Below are positions 55,751 to 64,000 of a stretch of 64,000 nucleotides of DNA, one piece after another; the first letter of the stretch is position 1, and each line of letters begins with the position of its first letter. The translations under genes and the position numbers were made by a program. The DNA comes from an uncultured Flavobacteriaceae bacterium. Lineage in GTDB: Bacteria > Bacteroidota > Bacteroidia > Flavobacteriales > Flavobacteriaceae. The notes under the pieces are model-generated. The model searched no databases and was not told the DNA's origin. It was given only the letters and a program-made list of their open reading frames with translations. Location: assembly GCA_964454675.1 (NCBI GenBank), contig CAYVUB010000008.1, positions 15,250 through 79,249 on the forward strand, in the 5' to 3' direction.

Positions 55751-58603
55751 TTACTTACTCAAATACATCTTTCTACGCGAATAAAGATTGTAAAACTCAT
55801 CGTCTTTTAAACTATCAATAAACAAGATGCTTTCGCCTGTAGATTTCATTTCCGGACCTAATTTTTTATTCACATTAGGGAATTTATTGAACGAAAATAC
55901 CGGTTGCTTGATTGCGTAGCCGTCTAATTGCGGTTTGAAATTAAAATCGGTAAGTTTATTTTCGCCCAACATGATTTTTGTAGCATAATTCACATACGGC
56001 TCTTTATAGGCTTTTGAGATAAAAGGAACCGTTCTTGAAGCTCTCGGATTGGCTTCTATGATGTAAACAATATCATCTTTTATGGCAAACTGAATATTGA
56101 TTAACCCTACAGTATTTAATGCCAGTGCTATTTTTTTTGTATGATCTTTGATTTGCTGCATAACAAATTCGCCCAAATTGAACGGTGGCAACGTCGCATT
56201 ACTATCGCCCGAATGAATACCACATGGCTCAATATGTTCCATAATTCCTATGATATACACATTTTCACCGTCGCAAATAGCATCGGCTTCAGCCTCAATG
56301 GCGCCATCGAGATAATGATCCAAAAGCAATTTGTTATCAGGCATCTGACGTAATAAATCCACAACATGCTCTTCCAGTTCTTTTTTATTGATAACGATTT
56401 TCATGCCCTGACCACCTAAAACATACGATGGTCTTACCAAAATCGGGAAATCCAAAACGTCTGCAATGGCAAGAGCTTCGTCAGCATTTGTAGCCACATC
56501 AAACTCAGGATACGGAATGTTGTTTTCCTTCAATAAGGTTGAAAAACTGCCGCGATCTTCGGCTAAATCTAAAGATTTATAAGTAGTTCCGATGATTTTG
56601 ATGCCGTATCTGTCTAATTTTTCAGCCAGTTTTAAGGCGGTTTGACCACCGAGCTGCACAATAACGCCTTCGGGTTTTTCATGGCGGATGATGTCGTAAA
56701 TATGTTCCCAGAATACGGGTTCAAAATAGAGTTTATCAGAAATATCAAAATCTGTGGAAACAGTTTCAGGATTACAATTGATCATAATGGTTTCGTAACC
56801 ACATTCTGCAGCAGCGAGAACACCATGAACACAACAGTAGTCAAACTCAATACCTTGCCCGATACGGTTTGGCCCCGAACCAAGAACGATGATTTTCTTT
56901 TTATCGGATACCACACTTTCATTGGCTGATTCTCGCTTTCCATCAGCGGTTTCCACTTCATTTTCAAACGTTGAATAATAATATGGTGTTTGTGCTTTAA
57001 ACTCTGCCGCACAGGTATCTACCAGTTTATAAACACGTTTGATGCTGTATTCGTCTCGTTTTTTATACACCTGGCTTTCTAAACAGCCTAACATGTGCGC
57101 TATTTGTCTATCGCCATAACCTTTTTGCTTGGCTTCTAACAATAAATCGCGTTCAATGGTATTGATATTGAATCGGGAAATTTCTTTTTCAAGATGATAC
57201 AATTCTTCATATTGTTTGAGGAACCACATATCTATTTTTGTGATTTCGTGAATACGGCTCAATGGAATTCCCATTTGAATGGCGTCATAAATCACAAATA
57301 CTCTGTCCCAACTGGCATGGGTTAATTTATCGATAATCTGGTCATAATCTTTATAGCCTTTTCCGTCTGCTCCAAGTCCGTTGCGTTTTATTTCAAGTGA
57401 TTGTGTTGCTTTATGAAGTGCTTCTTGGAATGAGCGTCCTATTGCCATCACCTCGCCTACCGCTTTCATTTGCAAACCTAAAGTTCTATCTGAACCTTCA
57501 AATTTGTCAAAGTTCCAACGCGGAATTTTCACTACCACATAATCTAAAGTTGGTTCAAATAATGCCGATGTTGATTTGGTAATTTGGTTACTTAATTCAT
57601 CTAAATTGTAACCAATGGCCAATTTTGCAGCAATCTTCGCAATTGGATAACCCGTAGCTTTACTCGCCAATGCTGACGAACGCGATACACGCGGATTGAT
57701 TTCTATGGCAATGATATCTTCATTTTCATCGGGGCTCACGGCAAATTGCACATTACAACCGCCAGCAAAATCGCCAATGCTACGCATCATGTGAATGGCC
57801 ATATCACGCATACGCTGAAACGTTCTGTCAGACAAAGTCATAGCCGGTGCCACTGTGATAGAATCACCTGTGTGAATGCCCATTGGGTCAAAATTTTCAA
57901 TGGTACATATAATGACAACGTTGTCATTTCTATCTCTCAATAATTCCAATTCGTATTCTTTCCAACCTATCAAGGCTTTGTCAATCATTACTTCGTGAAT
58001 TGGCGATACTTCCAAACCGCGTGTCAACAATTCGTCAAATTGTGATTCGTTGTGAACAAACGACGCGCCTTCTCCACCAAGTGTGTATGATGCCCTGATT
58101 ACCAATGGGAAACCAAATTCCTGAGCGATTTCTTTTCCTTTTAAATAGGATGTTGCCGTGGCTTGCGGTGCCATTGGGATACCAATTTTCAGCATCAATT
58201 CCCTGAATTTTTCACGGTCTTCGGTAATATTAATCGCATCAATATCAACACCTATGATATTGACATTAAAATCATTCCAAATACCTTTTTCGCCGGCTTC
58301 AATACATAAATTTAAGGCTGTTTGTCCACCCATAGTTGGCAGAACGGCATCAATTTGTGGGTGTTCTTTTAATATTTTTATAAGTGATTTTGTGGTAAGT
58401 GGCAATAAATACACATGATCTGCCATGGTTGGATCGGTCATGATGGTTGCCGGATTGGAATTGATAAGAATGGTTTCAATACCATCTTCTCTTAGTGAGC
58501 GTAAGGCCTGAGTTCCGGAGTAATCAAATTCGCAGGCTTGGCCAATAATGATTGGTCCAGAACCGATAATAAGTACAGAATTGATGTTGTTGTTTTTTGG
58601 CAT
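55751..58603 (-). CDS. carB: Carbamoyl-phosphate synthase large subunit
   Basis: Two ATP-grasp halves. N-terminus MPKNNNINSVLIIGSGPIIIGQACEFDYSG. Start placed at ATG 58603 rather than the upstream track start. Confidence 0.95.
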   Translation of the reverse strand: MPKNNNINSVLIIGSGPIIIGQACEFDYSGTQALRSLREDGIETILINSNPATIMTDPTMADHVYLLPLTTKSLIKILKEHPQIDAVLPTMGGQTALNLCIEAGEKGIWNDFNVNIIGVDIDAINITEDREKFRELMLKIGIPMAPQATATSYLKGKEIAQEFGFPLVIRASYTLGGEGASFVHNESQFDELLTRGLEVSPIHEVMIDKALIGWKEYELELLRDRNDNVVIICTIENFDPMGIHTGDSITVAPAMTLSDRTFQRMRDMAIHMMRSIGDFAGGCNVQFAVSPDENEDIIAIEINPRVSRSSALASKATGYPIAKIAAKLAIGYNLDELSNQITKSTSALFEPTLDYVVVKIPRWNFDKFEGSDRTLGLQMKAVGEVMAIGRSFQEALHKATQSLEIKRNGLGADGKGYKDYDQIIDKLTHASWDRVFVIYDAIQMGIPLSRIHEITKIDMWFLKQYEELYHLEKEISRFNINTIERDLLLEAKQKGYGDRQIAHMLGCLESQVYKKRDEYSIKRVYKLVDTCAAEFKAQTPYYYSTFENEVETADGKRESANESVVSDKKKIIVLGSGPNRIGQGIEFDYCCVHGVLAAAECGYETIMINCNPETVSTDFDISDKLYFEPVFWEHIYDIIRHEKPEGVIVQLGGQTALKLAEKLDRYGIKIIGTTYKSLDLAEDRGSFSTLLKENNIPYPEFDVATNADEALAIADVLDFPILVRPSYVLGGQGMKIVINKKELEEHVVDLLRQMPDNKLLLDHYLDGAIEAEADAICDGENVYIIGIMEHIEPCGIHSGDSNATLPPFNLGEFVMQQIKDHTKKIALALNTVGLINIQFAIKDDIVYIIEANPRASRTVPFISKAYKEPYVNYATKIMLGENKLTDFNFKPQLDGYAIKQPVFSFNKFPNVNKKLGPEMKSTGESILFIDSLKDDEFYNLYSRRKMYLSK

Positions 58604-58622
58604 TGTGCTGATTTTGGTGTTG

Positions 58623-58630
58623 CAAAAATA
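58623..58630 (-). promoter_or_regulatory. -7 box TATTTTTG, 19 nt upstream of the carB ATG
   Basis: Matches TAnnTTTG on the minus strand. Confidence 0.4.
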
Positions 58631-58645
58631 GATATGATATAGGTA

Positions 58646-58678
58646 CAAAAAAAGGCGTTACACCTAAGTAACACCTTT
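58646..58678 (-). terminator. Rho-independent terminator of rpmH
   Basis: Stem AAAGGCGTTAC / GTAACACCTTT with a 6-nt loop, followed on the minus strand by T7. Confidence 0.6.
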
Positions 58679-58700
58679 AAATATCAACAATTGTTAATCA

Positions 58701-58862
58701 TTATTTTTTATGTCTTGATTCAGAAGATACTGTTAATTTCTTTCTTCCTTTTGCTCTTCTACGCGCAAGGACTTTTCTTCCATTGGCAGAAGCCATTCTT
58801 TCTCTAAAACCGTGTTTGTTTCTTCTTTTTCTTTTTGATGGTTGAAACGTTCTTTTGCTCAT
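58701..58862 (-). CDS. rpmH: 50S ribosomal protein L34
   Basis: Hand translation gives [53 protein letters not shown] (53 aa). It is below the 60-aa cut-off of the ORF track. Confidence 0.9.
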   Translation of the reverse strand: MSKRTFQPSKRKRRNKHGFRERMASANGRKVLARRRAKGRKKLTVSSESRHKK

Positions 58863-58935
58863 TGTCGTGTATCTTTAAAATCGTCGTTGTATTAACTAAA
58901 AATATATATTATGTGGCTCTTTCAAAAACCGCGTG

Positions 58936-58943
58936 CAAATATA
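58936..58943 (-). promoter_or_regulatory. -7 box TATATTTG upstream of rpmH
   Basis: Matches TAnnTTTG on the minus strand, about 73 nt before the ATG. Confidence 0.35.
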
Positions 58944-59113
58944 CAAAGACTTTTTACTCTGGCAAACCTAATTTGAAAAAAATATTTTTTACTCTGGCAC
59001 AAGTGTCCTTTTTATTTCAAAAAAGCATAATAAATACTACAATAGTTGTAATAGTTCTCTTTTGTTTCTTAAAAAATTAGTTTCTTTGTCTTTCCAAAAA
59101 AAAGAAAAAAATC

Positions 59114-59989
59114 ATGAAAAAAATCATTATGGTATGCGTATTTATGACCGCTTTGCAAGTATCTGCACAGCAATTATTACAATACAATCTTACCGTTGGC
59201 ACAAAATTTAATGTAGAGCAAGAAGCCAAACAACATATCACACAAGACCTGCAAGGTGTTAATCAGGTTATTGACAATACGCTTACAAGCACGATGCAGT
59301 TTGAGGTTATGGAAATAAATGACAACACGATTACCCTGCAAATGACGTTTCAAACCATGAAAATGCTTATGAGCTCGCCATCATTAGGCGTACTCATGGA
59401 AGCCGATACTTCAAAAAAGGACGACCTTGATATGACTTCAAACATGTTTAAAGGTTCATTGAATATTCCCGTAACCGTAATAATGGAAAAAACAGGAAAA
59501 ATAAATTCGGTAACCGGTGGCGACAAACTTATAGAATCTATGTTTAAAGCTGCCAATATTACAGATCCTGCTGTTATGGAAAGTTCAAAAGGGCAATTTG
59601 AAAAACAGTTTGGCAGTGATGCATTATCACAAAGTTTTGAGCAAATGACCTATTATCTTCCTGCGAAAAAGGTAGCCGTAAATGATACCTGGTCAACGGT
59701 TTTTAGCGGGAATCTGGAAGCAAAAAACACCTGGACTTTAAAAGAATATTCCGGGACAACCTCAACCATTACCGGCACAGCCACAACCGTAATGTCCAAT
59801 ATTGATGAAAATGTAATCATGGTTTTAAACGGTACACAAAGTTCAACCATAACCATAGATTCCAAAACAGGGTTGTTTCAAAAAATTACGGTAACGAGTG
59901 AAAATAACGGAGATACACAAATTGCTGCGGCAAATATGTCGGTTCCAACAAGCATAAAATCAACAATTACCTATAAAATAGTTCCATAA
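59114..59989 (+). CDS. Hypothetical secreted protein
   Basis: 291 aa. Signal peptide MKKIIMVCVFMTALQVSAQ. Thr/Ser-rich, no motif recognised. Confidence 0.55.
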   Translation: MKKIIMVCVFMTALQVSAQQLLQYNLTVGTKFNVEQEAKQHITQDLQGVNQVIDNTLTSTMQFEVMEINDNTITLQMTFQTMKMLMSSPSLGVLMEADTSKKDDLDMTSNMFKGSLNIPVTVIMEKTGKINSVTGGDKLIESMFKAANITDPAVMESSKGQFEKQFGSDALSQSFEQMTYYLPAKKVAVNDTWSTVFSGNLEAKNTWTLKEYSGTTSTITGTATTVMSNIDENVIMVLNGTQSSTITIDSKTGLFQKITVTSENNGDTQIAAANMSVPTSIKSTITYKIVP

Positions 59990-59992
59990 TTT

Positions 59993-60559
59993 ATGTATAA
60001 CAAGAATATAAAATTAGTTATTGCAGCACTTATCATCGGGTATGCCATATATCAATTTACCGAAGGTTTTATTGGAAATGGCATCATGTTTATTCTTCTT
60101 TCTTTAATTTTTGTTTTTTTATATTTTAAAAACGAAATGATTCTTTTGGCGTTTTTAAGATTACGGAAACAAGATTTTGCCGGAGCAAAAAAATGGCTGG
60201 ATAAAATCAAGAATCCGTCAACGGCTTTGGTAAAAAAACAACAAGGCTATTACAATTACCTCAATGGTATTATGGTATCGCAAACCAATGTAAACGAAGC
60301 TGAAAAATTTTTCAAAAAAGCCGTGACTTTCGGGCTGTCAATGGATCACGATATGGCTATGGCAAAATTAAATCTGGCAGGAATTGCCTTTAGCAAACGT
60401 CGTCCGCAGGAAGCAAAAATTTTACTTGCCGAAGCCCAAAAACTTGACAAACGCAATATGCTTGCCGAGCAAATAAAAATGATGAAAGACAGCATGAAAA
60501 AAGCCCAAATGCCCAACCAGCATTTTGGCGGTCACAGACAACAGGTAAGACGACGATAA
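59993..60559 (+). CDS. Hypothetical membrane protein with TPR-like C-terminal region
   Basis: 188 aa. Two N-terminal TM segments, then a helical repeat-like region. Confidence 0.5.
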   Translation: MYNKNIKLVIAALIIGYAIYQFTEGFIGNGIMFILLSLIFVFLYFKNEMILLAFLRLRKQDFAGAKKWLDKIKNPSTALVKKQQGYYNYLNGIMVSQTNVNEAEKFFKKAVTFGLSMDHDMAMAKLNLAGIAFSKRRPQEAKILLAEAQKLDKRNMLAEQIKMMKDSMKKAQMPNQHFGGHRQQVRRR

Positions 60560-60580
60560 CTTTTTACAAAACGCATAAGA

Positions 60581-60617
60581 AAATAGTACTAAATCAATTT
60601 AGTGCTATTTTTTTGTT
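60581..60617 (+). terminator. Rho-independent terminator
   Basis: Stem AAATAGTACTAAA / TTTAGTGCTATTT (one G-U pair) followed by TTTTGTTTT. Confidence 0.6.
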
Positions 60618-60626
60618 TTACTTCCA

Positions 60627-61562
60627 TCACGGTGTGGTTGAATAATATCCCTTTTTTGGTATTTCAATATGATAGGTTTTGCGTGATGTGTTATTCAACT
60701 TATTTTCACGTAACCACGGATTGTGGATTTTTAAAACTTTATAGTTGATGCCATGTTCCCGGGCAAATTTTGTCAAATCGGGAATAGCGGTATCAACCTT
60801 AATTTTTTCAGTAGGTACGGCATTATACAAATCTTTTTCGGTAAAGTTAAACCCGTATTTTTTAGGGTTTTTCATGATTTCTTTTAAAGCAACAATCCTG
60901 AATATATAACGGCTTGTTTCTTCGCCTAACAATAAATCATAATAACTATTGACATTTTGGTCTTTCAACCTGTTGGAAATTCCTGCATTGCCGGCATTAT
61001 AAGCAGCAGCAGCAAGCGTCCATGAGCCCAGTCTGTTTTTTGACTGTTGCAAATATTTACATGCCAGTTCGGTCGATTTTTCTAAGTGGTAACGTTCATC
61101 AACATTATCATTGACTTCCAGTCCGTTTTCTCTGCCGGTTGCAGGCATAATCTGCCAAACGCCTCTGGCACCTGCCGGCGATACGGCATTGGTCAAACCG
61201 CTTTCAATGACTGCCAGATACTTAAAATCGTCCGGGATGCCGTTTTTTTTAAGGATAGGCTCAATCACCGGAAAATACTTTTGCGCACGCTTAAACATCA
61301 GCAAACCATTGGATTGCCAATAGGTATTAACCAAAAGCTCTCTATCCATTCGTTCATAAACATCCACGTCGTTAACCGGCATATCTTCGCCTGCAAAATT
61401 CAATTCTTCCGGTAAGGGCAACGCATACACATTATAATCGTTTACAAAAGTGGTCTCTTTCAACGATTCTAAATCCGCAACTTTATTTTGACTTGCAAAA
61501 ATGAATACCCCCGAAATAGCAATTAATCCTATACCTGCTAATATATTTTTGATGATTGTCAT
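60627..61562 (-). CDS. Lytic transglycosylase (SLT domain, MltD-like)
   Basis: 311 aa. Catalytic region AVIESGLTNAVSPAGARGVWQIMPATG and AYNAG. Confidence 0.85.
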   Translation of the reverse strand: MTIIKNILAGIGLIAISGVFIFASQNKVADLESLKETTFVNDYNVYALPLPEELNFAGEDMPVNDVDVYERMDRELLVNTYWQSNGLLMFKRAQKYFPVIEPILKKNGIPDDFKYLAVIESGLTNAVSPAGARGVWQIMPATGRENGLEVNDNVDERYHLEKSTELACKYLQQSKNRLGSWTLAAAAYNAGNAGISNRLKDQNVNSYYDLLLGEETSRYIFRIVALKEIMKNPKKYGFNFTEKDLYNAVPTEKIKVDTAIPDLTKFAREHGINYKVLKIHNPWLRENKLNNTSRKTYHIEIPKKGYYSTTP

Positions 61563-61605
61563 AACCTTATATTTTCTTTAAATTTAAAAAATTATTCTGA
61601 TGTTT

Positions 61606-62280
61606 CTATGATTCTTCCAATATAAGTTTTGGCAAATTTTCATTAAACCACTTATATTTTGTAATCACCATAATATGTGTGCCTCCTTCCAAAACAATAC
61701 AGTTGCCACTACACGAATGTGTAAAAACAGCATCTTGATTGCCATGAATATAAATAGCATCAGGGTGTGGCTCTTTTTGATTCCAGTTGATAATTTGCTC
61801 AATAGACCAATCTAAATAATACGCATCATTGACCGACAGATATTTCTTGTAAAGTTCCACACGTTTGGTCAGTGTTTCGCCAAAAGCATATTTAGCTAAA
61901 ACGTCCATATTACTAAATAATTGCGTAGGCAGCAGCTTGTATAGTTTTGTAAATCTTGCAAATTTCATCCGCCTTGGAAGTTCGTGCTTACTCTTCATAC
62001 TCGACACAACAATCAATTTTCTAACCTTGATAAATTTACTCATTTCCTGCACCAAAACACCGCCAAAAGACACGCCCAAAAGCACAATATTATCATGCTC
62101 AATTCTTAAAATCATTCGCTTGGCATAGCCTTCTAAAGTCTCGTTATTATTGGGAATCAGCCATTCCAACCAGTAAATTTTAAACCTGTCTTCGGGCAAT
62201 TTAATGTATTCAAAAATAGCCGGGCTTGCCGCCATTCCGGGCATTAAATAAACAGGTATGATTTCTTGACTCGTAGGCAT
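61606..62280 (-). CDS. Alpha/beta-hydrolase fold protein
   Basis: 224 aa. Nucleophile elbow LLGVSFGG and late HG/GGTH motifs. Confidence 0.65.
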   Translation of the reverse strand: MPTSQEIIPVYLMPGMAASPAIFEYIKLPEDRFKIYWLEWLIPNNNETLEGYAKRMILRIEHDNIVLLGVSFGGVLVQEMSKFIKVRKLIVVSSMKSKHELPRRMKFARFTKLYKLLPTQLFSNMDVLAKYAFGETLTKRVELYKKYLSVNDAYYLDWSIEQIINWNQKEPHPDAIYIHGNQDAVFTHSCSGNCIVLEGGTHIMVITKYKWFNENLPKLILEES

Positions 62281-62318
62281 TTGTCAAAAATGTAGCTGTG
62301 TGGTTTGCATTTTTTTTG

Positions 62319-62326
62319 TAAATTTG
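62319..62326 (+). promoter_or_regulatory. -7 box TAAATTTG upstream of the small acetyltransferase-like gene
   Basis: Matches TAnnTTTG, 66 nt before the ATG. Confidence 0.3.
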
Positions 62327-62392
62327 CACTACAAAGCTATACAAAATTATAGTCTTTTGATTCACTTACCATTGAATTAAAACAAATTTATT

Positions 62393-62689
62393 ATGACTGA
62401 TGATGCAGTACTTACTGATAATGACTTTTTACGTCAATTTGAACTTAAAGTAGATGACGAACTTGCAAAGATTGAGTATTCACTTCAAGACAGGAAGATT
62501 TTTTTAACCAAACTCATCATTCCCGAATGTATCCATTGCGAAGCTTTTGAAGAAGACTTCTTAACGCTGGTTTTTGACAACATCTCAGAACGCAACATAA
62601 GTGTAGTACCTACAAGCCCGCAGATTGCTAAGTTTATGCGCAAAAACCGTAAGTATAAAAGTATGCTTCCCGTAGGCATCAGGATTTAA
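62393..62689 (+). CDS. Small GNAT-like (YjdJ-type) N-acetyltransferase domain protein
   Basis: 98 aa. Size and the C-terminal ...VVPTSPQIAKFMRKN pattern resemble single-domain GCN5-related CG proteins. Confidence 0.45.
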   Translation: MTDDAVLTDNDFLRQFELKVDDELAKIEYSLQDRKIFLTKLIIPECIHCEAFEEDFLTLVFDNISERNISVVPTSPQIAKFMRKNRKYKSMLPVGIRI

Positions 62690-62720
62690 AAATAACCTTG
62701 ATAAACATCAACAACAACAA

Positions 62721-62756
62721 AAATCTGAAGTATAATAACTTCGGATTTTTTGTTTT
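62721..62756 (+). terminator. Rho-independent terminator
   Basis: Stem AAATCTGAAGT / ACTTCGGATTT followed by TTTTGTTTTT. Confidence 0.6.
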
Positions 62757-64000
62757 TATATAACTAAGGCATTGACAAAATCAAACCGCACCAAGCCATC
62801 CTCATCAATTTTGGTAAGTGTCACTTTGTGTAAGGTATTGACCAATTCGGGATTCCACGGTGCTTTTACTTTAACGTAATTTTCAGTAAATCCGTGAATA
62901 TAACCTTCTTTGTTTTCGCTTTCAAATAATACGGTTCTTGTAGTGCTAATCTGGCTTTCATAAAATGCACGACGCTTTTTGACCGATAATCCTCTGAGCA
63001 TCTTACTGCGTTTGGCTCTGACGTTTTTTGGCACAACGCCATCCATTTCGGCAGCTTCGGTATTGTCTCTTTCAGAATAGGTAAAGACGTGTAAATACGA
63101 AATATCCAACACATTTAAAAAGTTGTAGGTTTCCAAAAAATGTGCATCGGTTTCACCCGGAAAACCAACAATAACATCCACGCCTATACATGCATGCGGC
63201 ATGACTTCGCGTATTTTTGACACTCTGTCCACATACAATTCACGCATATAGCGGCGTTTCATTTTTTTCAAAATATCATTACTGCCGCTTTGCAACGGTA
63301 TATGAAAATGCGGTACAAAAGCCCGGGATTTTGACACCAATTCAATGGTTTCATTTTTCAAAAGATTGGGCTCAATGGATGAAATACGCAAACGCTCAAT
63401 ACCTTCTACCTTGTCCAATTCTTTTACCAAATCCAAAAAGGTATGTTCGTGTTTTTTATTGCCAAATTCGCCTTTACCATAATCACCAATATTAACACCT
63501 GTAAGTACAATTTCTTTAATGTTTTGAGCCGAAATTTCTCTGGCATTTCTGATAACACTTTCCATGGTATCGCTACGTGAAATGCCACGTGCCAAAGGAA
63601 TCGTACAATACGTACATTTGTAGTCACAACCATCCTGAACTTTCAAAAATGCACGGGTGCGGTCGCCAATGGAATAACTGCCTACATAAAAATCGGCATC
63701 TTCAATTTCACAGGAATGGACTTGTCCATAGTTGTTTTTAGACAAATCGTTGATATAATCGGTAATTTTAAATTTTTCGGTAGCACCAAGTACCAAGTCA
63801 ACACCATCTACAGCTGCCAGCTCTTCGGGTTTTAACTGCGCATAACAACCTACCGCAGCTACAAATGCATCGGGATTGTTTTTTTGGGATTTTTTGACAA
63901 TCTGCTTGAATTGCTTATCGGCATTTTCTGTGACCGAACAGGTATTAATCACATAAATATCGGCAACTTCGTCAAATTCCACACGGTCAAAACCTTCATC
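62756..64000 (-). CDS. mtaB: Radical-SAM methylthiotransferase, MtaB-type (partial; N-terminus beyond the window end)
   Basis: VINTCSVTE, radical-SAM cluster CDYKCTYCTIP and a TRAM-like C-terminus. The reading frame stays open to position 64000. Confidence 0.8.
   Translation of the reverse strand, partial: DEGFDRVEFDEVADIYVINTCSVTENADKQFKQIVKKSQKNNPDAFVAAVGCYAQLKPEELAAVDGVDLVLGATEKFKITDYINDLSKNNYGQVHSCEIEDADFYVGSYSIGDRTRAFLKVQDGCDYKCTYCTIPLARGISRSDTMESVIRNAREISAQNIKEIVLTGVNIGDYGKGEFGNKKHEHTFLDLVKELDKVEGIERLRISSIEPNLLKNETIELVSKSRAFVPHFHIPLQSGSNDILKKMKRRYMRELYVDRVSKIREVMPHACIGVDVIVGFPGETDAHFLETYNFLNVLDISYLHVFTYSERDNTEAAEMDGVVPKNVRAKRSKMLRGLSVKKRRAFYESQISTTRTVLFESENKEGYIHGFTENYVKVKAPWNPELVNTLHKVTLTKIDEDGLVRFDFVNALVI

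Noticed and set aside
58994-59012. Sigma-54 promoter (TGGCAC at 58994-58999).
   Set aside because: The required -12 element (TTGC about 4-5 nt downstream) is absent; the sequence reads AAGTGTCCTTT.
1-64000. CRISPR arrays, rRNA genes, transposase/IS elements.
   Set aside because: No regularly spaced 25-40-bp repeats with unique spacers were seen. No rRNA-like conserved blocks were seen. No ORF has DDE or HUH transposase motifs. The only recombinase is the tyrosine integrase at 10971-12077.

Overview
The window is AT-rich and looks like a Flavobacteriaceae-type Bacteroidota chromosome. Support: a T9SS C-terminal sorting domain, many TAnnTTTG -7 promoter boxes 19-35 nt upstream of start codons, an ECF-sigma/DUF4252 cluster, and a btuB plus surface beta-propeller lipoprotein locus.

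Two parts stand out.

(1) Positions 1 to about 12277 are the right-hand part of an integrative element lying next to the 3' end of mnmE. From the mnmE side it carries:
- a tyrosine integrase, with five phased GGGCAACA repeats outside it;
- an unknown 343-aa ORF;
- two excisionase-like HTH genes;
- a BT4734/VirE_N-like primase and a PriCT-2/DUF3987 P-loop protein;
- after a terminator, a very tightly packed cargo operon: XRE controller-like regulator, type III Mod methyltransferase, an uncharacterised 239-aa ORF, type III Res helicase-nuclease, and a sacsin-like GHKL ATPase that runs off the window start.

This cargo operon is my best candidate for an undescribed or composite defence system.

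(2) Positions 12278-64000 are mostly housekeeping core genome: mnmE, TlpA-like thiol reductase, rhomboid, LpxL-type acyltransferase, glmM, acpH, DUF47/PiT, ABC exporter, uvrA, LOG-family protein, S9 and S41 peptidases, purB, rmuC, acs, carB, rpmH, mtaB and others.

Local oddities in the core part:
- a ParE/RelE toxin-antitoxin cassette bracketed by two diverged copies of the carB 3' end;
- a cobalamin riboswitch upstream of btuB with a roughly 70-nt hairpin inserted in a normally short conserved loop;
- palindromic, intergenic-type low-complexity sequence translated in frame inside mnmE;
- a four-half-site operator array between acs and a SatD-like/DUF3307 gene pair;
- several REP-like repeat patches.

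I found no tRNA, rRNA or CRISPR array. All family assignments come from motifs read by eye in the supplied translations. No database search was run. RNA and repeat boundaries are approximate.
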